A stretch of 64,000 bases of DNA from Guillardia theta CCMP2712. Taxonomy: Eukaryota > Protista > Cryptophyta. Both the position numbers and the translations under genes were made by a program. The stretch covers positions 55,998 through 119,997 of the forward strand of contig NW_005434613.1 of NCBI RefSeq assembly GCF_000315625.1, in the 5' to 3' direction. How positions within the stretch are numbered: the first letter of the stretch is position 1; each line of letters starts with the position of its first letter. The notes under the pieces were generated by a model that was given only the letters and a program-made list of their open reading frames with translations, was not told where the DNA came from and ran no database searches. Of this stretch, positions 12,940 to 23,734 are shown in pieces.

Positions 12940-15921
12940 TCATGACGGTGAAGCTACCATGGGGACAGGGTTGGCGCCAACCTTGGTAAGCGCCTCCCCC
13001 GAGCGCAGCCACGGCATCGTCATCTCCTCCTCGTACTGTATGTGCCCCACCATATAGTCGTTGAGGCGTTCTAGAGCGTCGACGACCTGGCCCATCTCCT
13101 TGGTGTTGAGAACCATCTCTTCTCCTGCCCTGTTCCTCTCATGCAGCTGCTGCAACAAGCGCCCGACACGAGCATTCAGCGCCTCCACTCCCTTGTGCCT
13201 CGTTGGATCTAGTACACTGTCCACAGCCTCCGCACTCTGGGGGAAAAGCGCCTTGACGAGGGGAAACAGCATCTGGTCCTCAACCCTCTCGTGATCCTCC
13301 AGGAATTCCATGTATTGGTCAAACCTCCCTCGCAGCGTCTCCACTCCGATGCTCTCCGCCTGAGCCGCAGAGTTCGCCATCTCCAGCAACGTGTTGAGCT
13401 CCTCCCGCACCACATCATGCTGCTTGAGCCAGAACTGAATGAGCCGTTCCTGCTGCTCCTTGTGCAGCTGGATCCCTTGCTCGATCTGGTTCAGCATATC
13501 CATCACAACCTGCTTGTCTTCGCTGGTTACCAACACAGCCCTGGGAGAAGCGTCTGTGTCCTTGCTGCAGCTTCCAAGAGGCGCGGCAGGCACGTAACCG
13601 TCCGGCATGGCTGCTCGTCCTGGTGAAGGAGACTTGCCGAGTTTCTGAGCCAGGGCTCCTTGCACTTGATCCTTGAGCCGGTCCACATGCTGCTTCGCGT
13701 TCCGAGCCTGCAGGATCTTCCCAAGCTGCTGCTGCAAGATTGCCTCCTCGCCGATGGGAGCATCCCCCACGGCCTTGACGGCATCGATGGCGTGTCCGAT
13801 ACATTGCTCGCACTGCATGCTGAGGGACGACAACTGTGAGCACAGAGCATCGAGCGTGTTTGGCGTCTCCTGCTTGATCCGAATGCCCGAGAAGAGCTCT
13901 TCTGCATGGGACTGGAGGCGGAGGGTGAAGGACTCCATCTGGCCAACAAACAGCTTGCACTGCATCAGCCGCTCAAGCGAAGCCACTTTGCGGCGAATGA
14001 TCTCCTGCTGCCTCTCCAGCTCGAAGAAGAGGATGATACTGGTGGCAGTGGCCCCTTCGACGGGGGGGCGACAGCCTTGGTGGATGGTGATGGAGGCATG
14101 TCCTTCGGAACGAGCAGACATCAATGGATGGGGCTCAGACACCAGGAACGACAGCCACGGGTCGTTGCTCCTGGAGAGATGTAGCACAGACATGGCCACC
14201 CACTCCGGCATTGTCACCGGGATATGCACAACTGGTTGCTGCCCGCTGTCAGTCGAGGTGCCATCCAGCCATTCGTGGAAGCAGATTGAGTCGATATGAT
14301 CGGCAAGAACCGCCTGCAAGGTCAAGTCAGCCCCACTCTCCATGTGCTCTGCAGCGGTTGGCGGGTACCCGAACAAACGAGTCATCAGTCTTGGAGCAGA
14401 ATCTTCCCCTCTGCCTGAAATAATTCTGCAGACGAAATAAGTCAACAGAACTTTCACACGGTCGAGAGTACACCTGAAGGTGGTTCGGATAATAAAAGGA
14501 GATTTCCGTTGAATTCCCACCAATCTTATCGTAACAGCACACAACAGTCGCCGCATCATCCTGGAGATCGACAGGTAAGCTGAATATCTTGAGGGTTGCT
14601 TCATCATAGACTACCTGGTCACCACTCGAAACATTTTTGCTCATCCATGAAACGATGAGCGACGACGTCAAACTTTCAGGGAAGACGTTCTGCAAAGCTT
14701 GCTGCCACGCGACCGAATCTCTTTCGCAACTGGCGAGCGATTGAGTCAGAGGTCTGTGAGCATCGAACACTGGAGCATACAGTTCACTTAGAGTCGCAAG
14801 CTTCAGTTTCATTGGCGAGTCGGACGCGGTTGCACCTTCATGGTTCAGTCCCACGATGATGATCCGAAGCCTTTCCGAACTTTCATCGTAAGTCTTTGCT
14901 TCTGCCCAACGACAGACTGTCAAGCGAAGCCGATTACACCAAGGAACTTGTCAACCTTTGTAGTTCAGGGTCGATGGCTCACAGCAGCCTCCTGATTCTG
15001 CAATGCTGACGCTGAAGGTGAAAGAAGACTCCGAGCCCGAGTTGCTGAGCGAGTTGCTTCTGCTCCGGACCAACTCAGGGTTCCGCTCGGAGTCCGAGAC
15101 ACTAAGATGGATCAGAAGAGTGAAGGCAAGTGCAAACTGTCTCACCTCTTGTCGTCCGAAAACTTGAAAGATGAGCTGGAAAGCAACCGTGATGTCAGTA
15201 ACAAGAGCGTTCATTGGAACAACCGCCAACCTTGAGTTTGAAATCAATCCACTGGGTGTAGAAAGAAAGGAGCAGTTCCTCAGGAAATCGTCTGATATCA
15301 CCTCGAATGAAACCTGCCGAGCAGTGAATAGAAGAACTTCATAGACATCTGTCAGCTTACGGAATCTTCTGCTAGCTCGAGCCCCTGGGTGAAAGAGACG
15401 ATCGTGATGATGTCTTTCTTCAGAGACGACATCACGTCGTCATCCACTCTGTGCGACAAGATGATTCGGATCCTCTCATGAGTTTCCGGCGTTCTCATAT
15501 ATTCCAGCCTGCACAGCATTTGTTTGAAATCCTGGAGACATTCCTTGGTTGGAAATGTCCCTGAATCGATTCGCCGATGAAGTAGTCGCTTGAGGTGTAG
15601 CAGTTTTGCACTCAACGACCCACGATCGCAAGAAGCAAGGTTACCCTGGAAGCCGAGCAGCATGTCTCTGCTCTTGGGAACTTTCCCTACACTTTCAGGG
15701 CGCGAGTAGAGGCCGGAGAATCTCCCTCCCAACGTGGACCGCATGCTGGGTTGCTCGAAGTGTGGCGAATGGGCCTGTTCATGAGCGTGCAAGTTGAAGG
15801 TCAACTCGTCCAGCCTCCGACTGAGACTCGCGTTCTCCTGCTTCAGCATCGACAGCTGCATCTGACGGAACTCCTCCGTGTCCACGGCGCTCGTTGCATC
15901 TGCAGCGTCTGGGCCAGACAT
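12940..15921 (-). CDS. Large protein with coiled coils and a C-terminal hemerythrin-like (HHE) domain; multi-exon, 5' end uncertain
   Basis: ORFs 15352-15921, 14951-15301, 14327-14923 and 12940-14607 can be joined by short introns. The C-terminus has H(DVVR)...HERVEDQMLFP...H(KGVE)...HIQYEEEMTMP, the H-HxxxE-H-HxxxE pattern of hemerythrin-like domains. Confidence 0.75.
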
Positions 15922-17688
15922 CCTTGCTATCCTGCGCGATAAAACATTCAGACTGAGAACCCAGAGACTACCACCCTTCTCCTCGTCCTCGTCCTCGTCC
16001 TCGTCCTCCTCAATGTGCTAGATTTTCTATCGAGATCTTTCCACTTGCTTCTATGCTACATACATTAATCTGTTCCGACCTCAAATAATGTTCGAGATCA
16101 GAAAGTGCGGTTGGCCTCTACCTCTGCTTCTTGACTCAATTCGAGGTACAGCTGCTGTCAGAACATCATCCCCAAGGACAGCGCTGCTTGATCGCTCGAA
16201 GATCAATGTCTGGAGCTTCAGCAGCAGAGCCTCTCTCATACCTTATCCAAATTCTCACCATTCTCACCCACCTCCAACACTATCAAAATTGTGATACATT
16301 CTTGAAATCTCATCAGCTTTGGTCCGACACATCATTAAAATAAGCCCGCTGATACAATACGTATCCATTCTTAATCATTATTGGTCAACGTTTCCCGCCG
16401 TGCCTGCTCCTGCCCCTGCCCCTGCCTCCCTGTTTGTTTTTTGCCATTTGCCGCCTTCTCTTCCGTCCATGTGTCCAACTGATCCTTCCTCCTGCCTAGA
16501 ACATCCTCCTCTGATTTTTTCTCTGTGCCCTATTGCTGCTGCTGCTGCTCCCGCTCCCGCTTCTCCTCCTCCTCCTCCTCTGCCCTCGCAGTTCCCTCCT
16601 TGCGTGCCATTAGAACACTCCTACTGCAGCGTTACTTCCTCGCGGCGGGGGTCCTGCAATCCCTGATGATTGGACCAACTGAACTAGACCCCAAACTTTA
16701 CACCTAGAGAACCTACTAAAAACTATCACTTTATATTTTTTTATATCAAAATTTAGTTTATATCTCTACTGCCTTGGTGATTGGGGACCCAGACACGAAA
16801 TTAAGCTGGAGTGTGCATAGCCCCCCTATCAAGGTTGTATGGCATATAGGGCTTCATAGGACTCAAGCTATAGTAAACTTGGTACATCATAGTGGACCTG
16901 CTAGAGACCTTCTATGTCTACCCGTCCTAGAAAATAAGGTGTATCGCCTAGCAAGAAGATATGACCAAAGGACATAGGAATTTCATAGGGGATACGAAAC
17001 AATGTCCTATCACAGCTCGCACCCAATAGCCCTCATCCCCCTTGTTCCCAAGGGCGAAAGATGAAAGAATAATATGGAGGAGGAGGAGGAGGAGGAGGAG
17101 GAGGAGGAGGTGAGGTAGGAGGAGGGAGCCGACGAGCGTAAGAAGTAGCAAGGAGAGGGTTGAGATCCAGAATCGGGACGAGATGGGACAAAATTGAGAC
17201 GATGAGGCGCAGGATCTTGGAACAGGATGTAAGCAACGAGGAATGGAAGATGGAGGAAGGAGGAGGCAGATGATTTCGGTTGGAGAGAATGGGAGAGCTG
17301 AATGTAGATAAGTGCGTGAGGAGAATCGGGATGTTGAATGCTGCGACCGAGGGTGAACACTTGATACATAGTAGAAGAAGGTGAGAGGGCAGGAGCGGTA
17401 CGATGAAAGAGAGGATCATATGCAAGGAGTTCCAAGAAAGGAGCTGAGGACGGAGGAGAGCACAGAGATAGACATGGAGGAGGCAGCATCCCTTTGATCG
17501 AAGGCAGGATAGAAGACATAGAGGGTCGACGAGACAACAGTGAGTGTGCCAGCCGCGGAAAGATTTTGCAATGTAGCGGCGATATAGTGGGAGAACTAGG
17601 ACATCTATGATGAGTGTTGGTGAATTTTATATCATTTACCTTCTCTTCGTTCTTTCTCTTTGTCTTCAAGGTTTCTCGGGCGCATTAG

Positions 17689-19689
17689 ATGAAATCTTGG
17701 TTGATACTTGCCAGTGCGCTGGTGTGTTGTTCGGATGTAAGGTATGCTGGGGCGCGCTATGCTCTGTCTTCCTCCTCACCCTCCGGCACAGAGGTTTTGT
17801 TGTGAATCCTAGCCGCTTTCCTTCCATCAACTCCAGGTTGCACTTCGAGATCAATCCACCCCTTCGATCTCGCGTCACCTTGCCCCAGGACCCGGCTGTG
17901 CCCGGAGCATTGTGCGAGCGGGGTGAAACTGTACAAGATGAGGTGATGTGATGAGAAGCCCGGAGCTCTTGTTGGGTTGATGGCATGCACAGGCATCATA
18001 CGAGGAAGAACACTCGACCGATCGTCGCTCAGACGTCCAAGGGAGACATGCAGAACGAGCTTACAGTCGCTGAGATGTAGCCCATGATACCTCTATCCGT
18101 CTCCTGCTGACTTCGCCTCCCGCAGCCAAGAGAAGCTCGTCACCTTCTCCAAGATACGTCAGACGCTCATGGCCTTTGTGGCGGCAACAGGAGCGGGAAT
18201 CCTTGCTTTCGGGATTGAGCAGGTGGTGACGCGGAGGAAGGAGAGGGAAGTGACGATTACTGCAGGGTGGGACTTACCTGATCCTGGAGACATTGAAGCG
18301 ATCGTTGGGGATAGGTGTGCCGTCTCGCCCTCAACTGCTCGCGACTGACTTCTTCCCGCAGCGACCTTCGTCGATCTTATCGACTTCCTGGTGAGGACAA
18401 GGACAGGACTGTGTCGCCACCTTTGACTTGCAGCAGACGAAATGGGCGGCAGCGTCCAACTTTACTGGAGTCCTGGTGACAGCGGTGGCAGCCACGGTCT
18501 TGCAGGTCGCCGTTGACGCTAAGGTGTGAAGTCAGTGACTTGTCCAGTAGATCTTGCCGATCTTCAACGGCATCCTGCTATCCATGGGAATCGGTAAACT
18601 ACCACCCCCTAGCCCTCTCTTGTCTCAGCCTGCCTCCAGGTTGCATGTGGGGAGCAGTCAAAGGTGTGGCGATCGCTTCCTTCGCCGCAACAACCTCAGC
18701 TGTCATCTGGTGCTCCCTCCCAGCTTGTTCCTTGCTCCACTGAGCCCGCCTCCAGCCTGCTGATCTCAAGATACGGTCTGCGCGAGATGATCGCCGGGAA
18801 GGAGCCTGCCCTGCTGGTACGTGCCAGCTCCTCCTCTGCAGCCGCCTGCCAGTCTCACGCGACTTTCAGACTGCTGTCGGAGAGAGCATCGGGGCATCTA
18901 ACCAGAAGTCCCTGCTCGTCGTGTCCCTCTTCCGCCTGAGGTCAGCCTGTCGTTCCCAGCTTCTGCCCTACTCAGACGCCTGCTGCCCTTCAGCCCTGTC
19001 ATCCCATACTGCTGGTCAAACTACCTCCTCGGCCTCACCAAGGTCAGCACAATCCTGCAGCTGTTTCTCAGCAGGAGATGCTGAAGTGAGGCAGGTGAGG
19101 CTCATCCCCTACATCCTCGGTACGATGCTCGGGACTCTGCCCGCGCTGTCTGTGTTTGTAAGTCCGCTGCCGACCCTCTCCTCCTCCCTCACCATCCCCT
19201 CAAGGTTTCGGCCGGCATGGTTGGCAAGAAGATGTCAGAGGGTACCGCGTCTGCTCCGCCAGGTCTGTTGATGTTGATGTTGATGTTGATGCCGGTGCCA
19301 GTGGTCAAGACCATGGGGGATGGAGATGATGAAGATGAAGATGGATATGACAAAGATGATGATAACGCAATCTTTATGAGACGAGATTATGATGATTGAG
19401 ATGTTGATGATGATGTTGGAGGAGGACGTGATGATGTTGGAGACGATGCGGATGCTAGTGTTGTTGATGAGGTGGAAGTGATGGAGACGGAGATGATGAT
19501 GCTGGTGTTGTTGTTGATGTTTCATCTAGAGCTTGTCCTTCTCGGCATCTTGGCTACCGTCGGAGTTCTTTCAATCATCGGCAAGATCTCCCAACAGGTC
19601 CCTTGCCTCCCTCCTTGCTCACTTGCTGACCATCGTTGCAGGAACTAGCAAAGATTGCTTCCAAGGAGAAGGGCGACATGGACATGTAA
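17689..19689 (+). CDS. DedA/VTT (TVP38/TMEM64, SNARE-associated Golgi protein family) membrane protein with bipartite plastid-targeting leader; many short exons
   Basis: Spliced peptides LPIFNGILLSMGIG, GAVKGVAIASFAAT, LISRYGLRE, LVVSLFRLSPVIPYCWSNYLLGLTKVRLIPYILGTMLGTLP (DedA signature RLxPxxP...NY..G.T). N-terminus MKSWLILASALVCCSDVRG|FVVNPSR. Stop TAA 19687-19689. Confidence 0.85.
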
Positions 19690-20300
19690 CATGTAACAAC
19701 GATCTGAGGTTAGAGACGCTTCTTACAATAAAGACTGGTGCGAGTGGGGGAAGGCAAAGCTTCAAGACTCTTGACAACAATTCAAGTTCATTATCATAGT
19801 TGACACCGGCATTCTTCCAGATATGCCGCAAGTTTGACATGCCTGTAATGGTCAAGCATGTGTTAAAGAAGGGAGGAAACAGCCTTCCTGCCTGCTCTAT
19901 CCCTCAAGCTCGCATGCCTCAGGCCTATCGATCGAACGCTCATCGTGCGTTGCACATAGCGGAATTAAAAGCATGAAGGGTGTCGTCACTGGCATTTTGA
20001 GCTCTACAAGAGACAAGAGATCGAAGGAAACGCATCTCCTCGTCCTACAACTACTTTGCCTCCCTCCCTCTCTCCCTCCCTCTCTCCCTCCCCCTCTCCC
20101 TCCCCCTCCCCCTCTCCCTCTCCCTCCCCCTCTCCCTCTCCCTCTCCCTCTCCCTCTCCCTCTCCCTCTCCCTCTCCCTCTCCCTCTCCCTCTCCACTCA
20201 CCGACATTGCCGGATTCGCACGTGAGCTACAAGCGACACTGGCTCAATTTTTACTCAAAGTTAAGTTATATTGTAACGAGGGACATTTGGCCCGAGAGGA

Positions 20301-20332
20301 CCCAAACTTAACTGAAATCTTCACTTAACTGC
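20301..20332 (+). promoter_or_regulatory. 32-bp conserved non-coding element CCCAAACTTAACTGAAATCTTCACTTAACTGC (copy 1)
   Basis: 30/32 identical to the reverse complement of 48536-48567; contains ACTTAACTG twice; abuts a GC-rich island. A regulatory role is inferred only. Confidence 0.55.
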
Positions 20333-20733
20333 AGGCCCAGTACGAGGATCGGACCAGCCTCAGTCACGGTCCGAGACGGTGAGCCCGGCGGCCCGCCGGG
20401 TGGCACTCAGTTCAGCGAGCTCATGATGATGATCCGCAAGCTACCAGAGACTCTTGAACCGCGGCGTCCCGGCGTCACCGTCACGTGAAGAGCAAACCGG
20501 CGAGCCTCGGAGGCCGGCGGCCCGAGTCGGAGCCCGGGAAGCCGGAGGCTAGTAGTCGGAGTGGGCCGTGAGGATTTCAAGTTCAATTCATTCAATTGAA
20601 TAATAAGTTAGAGTTACTAAGTAAAGGCCGCGATCGCCGGTAGCACCGGGCCCGCCCCCCTCCGCTCGGTCGCCGGCGGGCCGGGCCGGGTTAAGGAGGC
20701 GCGTTGCGGCACTCACATGATCGAGCCCGAAGT

Positions 20734-22929
20734 TCACTGATGGTAGTAAAATCCCGGCGGCGACCCATTGGCTTCGCTCATGATGACAAGTGGGCTGATC
20801 TGTCCAGAGCTCAAGTCCGAAAGGCCCCGAGCTTGTAGCAGGGCCGGCGCCCTCTGAGTCAAGTCGCTGATCCTGCTCTCTACGACCTGCAGCTTTCTGT
20901 TCATGGCGGTGATGAGCTTCGAGTTCTCGATCTTGATGAACTCGCCCACAGCCTTGATGAGCTTGTTGGCATCCTGCTGAGAGGAGGAGGAGGTGGCCGT
21001 GGAGGGCGGCCTCTCCTCAACCTTGGAGGCACCTGAGAGTCGCGGGGCTACCCCAGAGCTGGACAGGCTCTGCATGAGCAGGGAGTTCCTGGCGGAGCGG
21101 AGCAACTGAGAGACGTTCATGTTGGCTCGTCGTCGGCTCATCAACCTCTTGGCCATGTAGAACCATCGGACCGTGGACGTGCTCAAGTCCGCCTGCTCCT
21201 TCTCTACGAAGGCCTTGCAGGAGCGCGAGAGGTCTGAGAACTCCTCGAAGAGATCGCTGGGAAACTCGCTGAGCACATCGAAGAAAGTGTCTGCGAAGAT
21301 GACGATGCAGACGACGGAGCTGGTGGAGACGTACTCACACTCCATGCCATGCTCTCCTCTCCATCGAGGGTCTCCGACCAGGCAAGACTCTCCGAAGCAG
21401 TCCGTCTCGTTGAGCACGGCGACGGTGCTGCCATTCTGAAGAAGAACTCGGACGCAGCCCTTGCGGATGATGTAGACGCGGTCACAGACTTGATCCATGG
21501 TGGCGATGGGAACGTTCGCGTCGAAGGTTTCAACCAGAGACTCCTCGAACATCCGGACCAGCAGCCGGTCCTTCAGGGGATGAACTACCGCCTTGAAGAG
21601 AGCGATCGAGCCAAGGTAGTCCTTGAACATGTTGAGGTAGATCGGCGATCTCAGCTGGCGGGGAATGTGGCTGATCATGCCGAGCTGCCTGTTCCGCTCC
21701 TGCTGGACTGCGTAGTCCAAGTCCAGCCAGCTGATGATCTTCGTCCTCATGGAGTGTGGGACGTGTGCCCCCCTCAGGAAGTCCCTGACCTCTCGCCGCG
21801 CGTCCTCGCACTCGCGCTTGAGCTGCGAGGCCTTCAGGTGCATCGTCTGCACCTCCGACAACATCGTGCCGAACACCATGACGCCAACAAACATGCTGCC
21901 GATGGTGTACAGGCGCTCGTAGGTGTTCTGCGGCGTGATCTCCCCGAAGCCAACAGTAGCAAAGATGGTGTTGGTGAAGTATATCATCACGACGTAGCTT
22001 CCGAAGGGGCTGCCATCGCAGGGCAGCGATCGGCTTGTCAAGAACTCGCACACTTGCTCTTCAGTCGACGACAGTTGCTTGACTAGCCAGAAGAGACACG
22101 ACGTCGTATGGACCACCAGGAAAACGTAGACAATCATCTGCAGCGTCCGCAAGACGTATCCTGGCAACCTGATCTTCTCTTCAGCCCACTCCATGAAGGT
22201 CCTGGCTGCGCCGATCTTGAGTAGCCTTGAAAGTCGGAGGAGTCGGAAGGGCTTCACGAGCCTGAGCAATTGAAGATTCCCAAGGTGCTGATTGCTATTC
22301 GCTGTTTCTTCCGTGCATCCCGCGACGACGATGTACTCCATGAGCGAGGTCGGGATGGACGTTACCGCATCAAAGAGGAAGGAACCCTTGAGGTAGTTCC
22401 ACCAGCTCGACCGCAAGGACTCCTCATACACGCCGTCGACCATCGTTCCCGAGCAGAAGGAGATCAGCAGCTGGAAGACGAAGAAAATGTCGACGAACAC
22501 GTCGAACTTGATGGTGGGTAGAGAGGAACAAGGCGGAGTGTTCCAGTAAAAGCAAACTTCGAACTGTATCACGATGGCGGTGTACAGGAGCAGCAAGGCG
22601 CCTATCAAGGCTACTATCTTGGCAAAGGCAGATTCAGGGTGAACCAGCCAGGCCTGCGTGGCTTTCGGGCCGCCGAAGAATCTCGCGAAGAACGTCTTGT
22701 TCTTTCCTGCGTTGTCGTACAAGCTCTGGAAGTGAAGGTGCCCGCCCGAGCGTCTCGCTACCTGCAGCGACGGGTCTGGAAAGTTGGGTCGGAATCCTGA
22801 GATGTCGAAGGGGGAGCGAGCGGCTGAGTTCGTCCTCCCTAGGGGAGAAGCTACCTCCCCTTCCTCGGGAACTCCGATCACCAGCTCTCCCACCAAGTTG
22901 AAATCCTTCCAAGACGTACTCTTCTGCAT
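20734..22929 (-). CDS. Six-TM K+ channel with C-linker and cyclic-nucleotide-binding-homology domain (EAG/CNG/HCN superfamily), paralog B; intronless
   Basis: 731-aa ORF. S4 LLRLVKPFRLLRLSRLLK, pore FATVGFGEITP, CNBD RVYIIRKGCV...CFGE. Confidence 0.92.
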   Translation of the reverse strand: MQKSTSWKDFNLVGELVIGVPEEGEVASPLGRTNSAARSPFDISGFRPNFPDPSLQVARRSGGHLHFQSLYDNAGKNKTFFARFFGGPKATQAWLVHPESAFAKIVALIGALLLLYTAIVIQFEVCFYWNTPPCSSLPTIKFDVFVDIFFVFQLLISFCSGTMVDGVYEESLRSSWWNYLKGSFLFDAVTSIPTSLMEYIVVAGCTEETANSNQHLGNLQLLRLVKPFRLLRLSRLLKIGAARTFMEWAEEKIRLPGYVLRTLQMIVYVFLVVHTTSCLFWLVKQLSSTEEQVCEFLTSRSLPCDGSPFGSYVVMIYFTNTIFATVGFGEITPQNTYERLYTIGSMFVGVMVFGTMLSEVQTMHLKASQLKRECEDARREVRDFLRGAHVPHSMRTKIISWLDLDYAVQQERNRQLGMISHIPRQLRSPIYLNMFKDYLGSIALFKAVVHPLKDRLLVRMFEESLVETFDANVPIATMDQVCDRVYIIRKGCVRVLLQNGSTVAVLNETDCFGESCLVGDPRWRGEHGMECEYVSTSSVVCIVIFADTFFDVLSEFPSDLFEEFSDLSRSCKAFVEKEQADLSTSTVRWFYMAKRLMSRRRANMNVSQLLRSARNSLLMQSLSSSGVAPRLSGASKVEERPPSTATSSSSQQDANKLIKAVGEFIKIENSKLITAMNRKLQVVESRISDLTQRAPALLQARGLSDLSSGQISPLVIMSEANGSPPGFYYHQ

Positions 22930-23734
22930 TCTCAGTCGCGGAGATGGCGGTTGTCCGGAGTTGTGCGCACGAGAGCCCTTCGGTCGTAGAAGGGGAAGAG
23001 GTGAAAAGAGAGGAGGTGGTAAGGGGAGGAGGAGTGAAAGGCAGGAAAAGGTAAGCGGAGGAGGACGTAGGCAAGGGCAGAAGAAAGGGAGGAGGATGAA
23101 AGAGAGGAGGAGGTAAGAGAGGAGGAGGTAAGAGAGGAGGAGGTAAGAGAGGAGGAGCCAAGGGAGAGGAGGCGGGAGGGGGGGAGGAGACGGAGAGCGG
23201 AGACCAAGGCCGAACTGAAAGCGAGGTTTGAAAGCGCGAATTTCAACTGTTGAGACATCAATATTTGAAGTTGGTGTACCCTTCCAGAAAATCTACAAAG
23301 ATATCTTTATTTCTGTAATCAGATGAGTACCCCTGAAAAATCCTGCCTGCTCCTCGTATGTTACCGGTACAGATTACTTCTGCTTTTGAACACCCTATTT
23401 TCAACTGAAAATTGTAGGTAGGGTAGTCGGAACTTCATTTTGTCGTCGGGGGTATTTCGATTCAAATAATTTCCCGATTGTATGGCCCCGCTTGCACATT
23501 CTGTACTTGAAATCCCGAGGCGGACCGGGCCTCCTCACTTGAGTGAAATAGAAACAAAAACGTCATTCTTGAGGGAACGGGCAGCGGGGAATGCGAGGAA
23601 GGGAAAGAGGAGGAGGAGGAGGAGGAGGAGGAGGAGGCGGGGGGGGGGGGGGGAGGAGCTGATAGTAGGATATCGTATGGATCCAGCTGAGCTGAGCTGA
23701 GCTGAGGAAACTGAAAAAACAGCCCACCTTCAGC

